25,121 nucleotides of DNA from positions 1 through 25,121 of the forward strand of contig DYRB01000001.1 in the NCBI GenBank assembly GCA_020718945.1. Reading direction: 5' to 3'. Under the pieces are notes generated by a model. The model worked only from the letters and a program-made list of their open reading frames with translations, ran no database searches and was not told the origin of the DNA. This DNA is from Lamprocystis purpurea. GTDB lineage: Bacteria; Pseudomonadota; Gammaproteobacteria; Chromatiales; Chromatiaceae. Positions within the stretch are counted from its first letter, which is position 1; every line of letters begins with the position of its first letter. Positions 23,194 through 25,121 of the stretch are shown here, one piece after another. The translations under genes and the position numbers were made by a program.

Positions 23194-24963
23194 ATGACAT
23201 GGGAGGCCTGGCTCTCCATCGCTGTGGTCGTGCTGGTCGTCGGCCTGCTCGCCGCCACCCGCCTGGCCGCCGACATAGTGCTGGTGGCCGGCGTCACCCT
23301 GCTGCTGGCGACCGGGGTGCTGACGGCCCCCGAGGCCCTGGCCGGCCTCGCGAACGAAGGCATGGCGACGGTCGCGGTGCTCTATGTGGTGGCGGCGGCC
23401 CTGCGCGAGACCGGGGCCGTCGGCTGGATAGTGCATGGGGTCCTGGGGCACCCGCGCAACCTGTCCGCCGCCCAGATCCGGCTCATGGCGCCGGTCGCGG
23501 GGATGAGCGCCTTCCTCAACAACACCCCGGTGGTCGCCATGTTCCTCCCCGCCGTGGTGGATTGGGCCCGCCAGAATCGGCTGCCGGTCTCCAAGCTCCT
23601 GATCCCACTGAGCTACGCCGCCATCCTGGGCGGCACCCTGACCCTCATCGGCACCAGCACCAACCTGGTGGTGAGCGGTCTCATGGCGGCCCACCCGAGC
23701 CTGCCCAGCCTGGCGATGTTCGACATCACCTGGGTGGGCCTGCCCTCCCTCGTCGTGGGCATGGCCTACCTGATCTTCCTGGGGCGCTGGCTGCTGCCCG
23801 ACCGCAGGCCGGTGATGAGCGACCTCGATGACCCCCGCCAGTACACGGTGGAGATGATGGTGCAGGCCGGCAGCCCGCTCGCGGGCAAGACGATCGAAGA
23901 GGCCGGCCTGCGCCACCTGCCGGGCATGTTTCTGGTGGAGATCGAGCGCGACGGCGAGGTCCTCCCCGCCATAGCCCCGCACCAGCGCCTGCGGGACAAT
24001 GATCGGCTCCTGTTCGCCGGCATAGTGGACTCGGTGGTGGACCTCCAGCGTATCCGCGGGCTGATCCCCGCAAGCGACCAGGTGTTCAAGCTCGGGGTCC
24101 CGCGCCCGGAACGTTGCCTCACGGAGGCCGTAGTCTCGGATAGCTGCCCCCTGGTCGGCACCAGCATCCGCGAGGGCCGATTCCGCGGCGTCTACAACGC
24201 CGCCGTGATCGCTGTGGCCCGCAACGGGGAGCGCATCCAGCGCAAGATCGGCGACATAGTGCTGCGCCCCGGCGATACCCTGCTGCTGGAGGCCGATCCC
24301 GGGTTCGTCGATCGGCAGCACAACTCCCGCGACTTCTTCCTGGTCAGCCGATTGCCCGACTCCCGGCCCCTGCGCCAGGATCACGCCCTGATCGCCGTGG
24401 GCATCCTGGTGGGGATGGTGGTAACGGCCACTTTCGGATGGATGTCCATGCTCCAGTCCGCCATGGTGGCAGCGGGACTGCTGCTGCTCACCCGCTGCAT
24501 CAGCGGCAGTGCGGCCCGCGCCGCCGTGGACTGGGAGGTCCTCATCGCCATCGCCGCCTCCTTCGGCCTGGGCCTGGCCCTGGAGAAGTCGGGGGCCGCC
24601 CTGTTTCTCGCCGGGCGCATGATCCACCTGGCCCAGGGCGATCCCTGGGTCACCCTCGCCGTGGTCTATCTGGTGACCATGCTCTTCACCGAGCTGATCA
24701 CCAACAACGCCGCCGCGGTGCTGATCTTCCCCATAGCGCTGTCCACCAGCGAGTCCCTCGGGGTGAGCTTCATGCCCTTCGCCATCGGCATCATGATGGC
24801 CGCCTCGGCGAGCTTCTCCACACCCATCGGCTACCAGACCAACCTGATGGTCTATGGTCCGGGTGGCTACCGCTTCACCGACTACTTCCGCGTCGGCATC
24901 CCCCTGAACCTCCTGCTGGCCCTGGTTACCGTCGGTCTGGCCCCGCTCATTTGGCCGTTCTGA
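23194..24963 (+). CDS. SLC13/CitMHS-type permease with two TrkA-C (RCK_C) domains
   Basis: SAFLNNTPVV, LSYAAILGGTLTLIGTSTNL, two internal TrkA-C repeats, TELITNNAAA and TPIGYQTNLMVYGPGGYRFTDY. AGGA RBS favours ATG 23194 over 23185. Substrate not determinable. Confidence 0.92.
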   Translation: MTWEAWLSIAVVVLVVGLLAATRLAADIVLVAGVTLLLATGVLTAPEALAGLANEGMATVAVLYVVAAALRETGAVGWIVHGVLGHPRNLSAAQIRLMAPVAGMSAFLNNTPVVAMFLPAVVDWARQNRLPVSKLLIPLSYAAILGGTLTLIGTSTNLVVSGLMAAHPSLPSLAMFDITWVGLPSLVVGMAYLIFLGRWLLPDRRPVMSDLDDPRQYTVEMMVQAGSPLAGKTIEEAGLRHLPGMFLVEIERDGEVLPAIAPHQRLRDNDRLLFAGIVDSVVDLQRIRGLIPASDQVFKLGVPRPERCLTEAVVSDSCPLVGTSIREGRFRGVYNAAVIAVARNGERIQRKIGDIVLRPGDTLLLEADPGFVDRQHNSRDFFLVSRLPDSRPLRQDHALIAVGILVGMVVTATFGWMSMLQSAMVAAGLLLLTRCISGSAARAAVDWEVLIAIAASFGLGLALEKSGAALFLAGRMIHLAQGDPWVTLAVVYLVTMLFTELITNNAAAVLIFPIALSTSESLGVSFMPFAIGIMMAASASFSTPIGYQTNLMVYGPGGYRFTDYFRVGIPLNLLLALVTVGLAPLIWPF

Positions 24964-25121
24964 GCCGGGAGATCCGGGCGGGGGGTCGTCCCCACCCGTT
25001 CGGTGCCTTTTCCTGGTTGCAAGGAAGCCGGGGCTTCAGGACCCCGCCGGGCCCCGCTTCGGGGCGATCTCCAGGTCCATGGGCGGCTCGCCCCGAGCCC
25101 GGCGCTCGGCCATGGCGAGAT

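Overview
A very GC-rich bacterial chromosomal window, probably from a gammaproteobacterium of the Chromatiaceae type (inferred from gene content and repeat style; not verified). No tRNA, rRNA, CRISPR array, integrase or transposase is visible. Left part (1-11.3 kb): small membrane, ankyrin and PC4-like genes, a UbiC/DUF98-like gene, an Lpp/OprI-type lipoprotein overlapping a convergent L,D-transpeptidase, a divergent EF-G paralogue followed by feoA, a Fur-box-controlled feoA-feoB operon and a BPSS1780-type membrane protein. Middle (11.4-18.7 kb): a decamer-built inverted-repeat element, a SEC-C/helical-repeat protein, and, divergent from it, a 1676-aa NLR-like protein (DUF4062/TIR-like + nSTAND1-type NTPase + TM + ~16 WD40). 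Right (18.7-22.8 kb): a toxin-antitoxin island (DUF1778/GNAT, DUF29, small antitoxin/PemK-MazF, DUF433/DUF5615-PIN) punctuated by several REP/REPIN-like palindromes. Here the PIN toxin is truncated and fused in frame to a lower-GC, ~277-aa region that looks like tandem PUA/EVE-type domains. The window ends with an SLC13/TrkA-C permease. The best candidates for something new are the PIN-PUA/EVE fusion, the NLR-like protein beside the TA island, and the EF-G paralogue with a rewired domain IV. All family calls come from motif recognition by eye, not from database searches.
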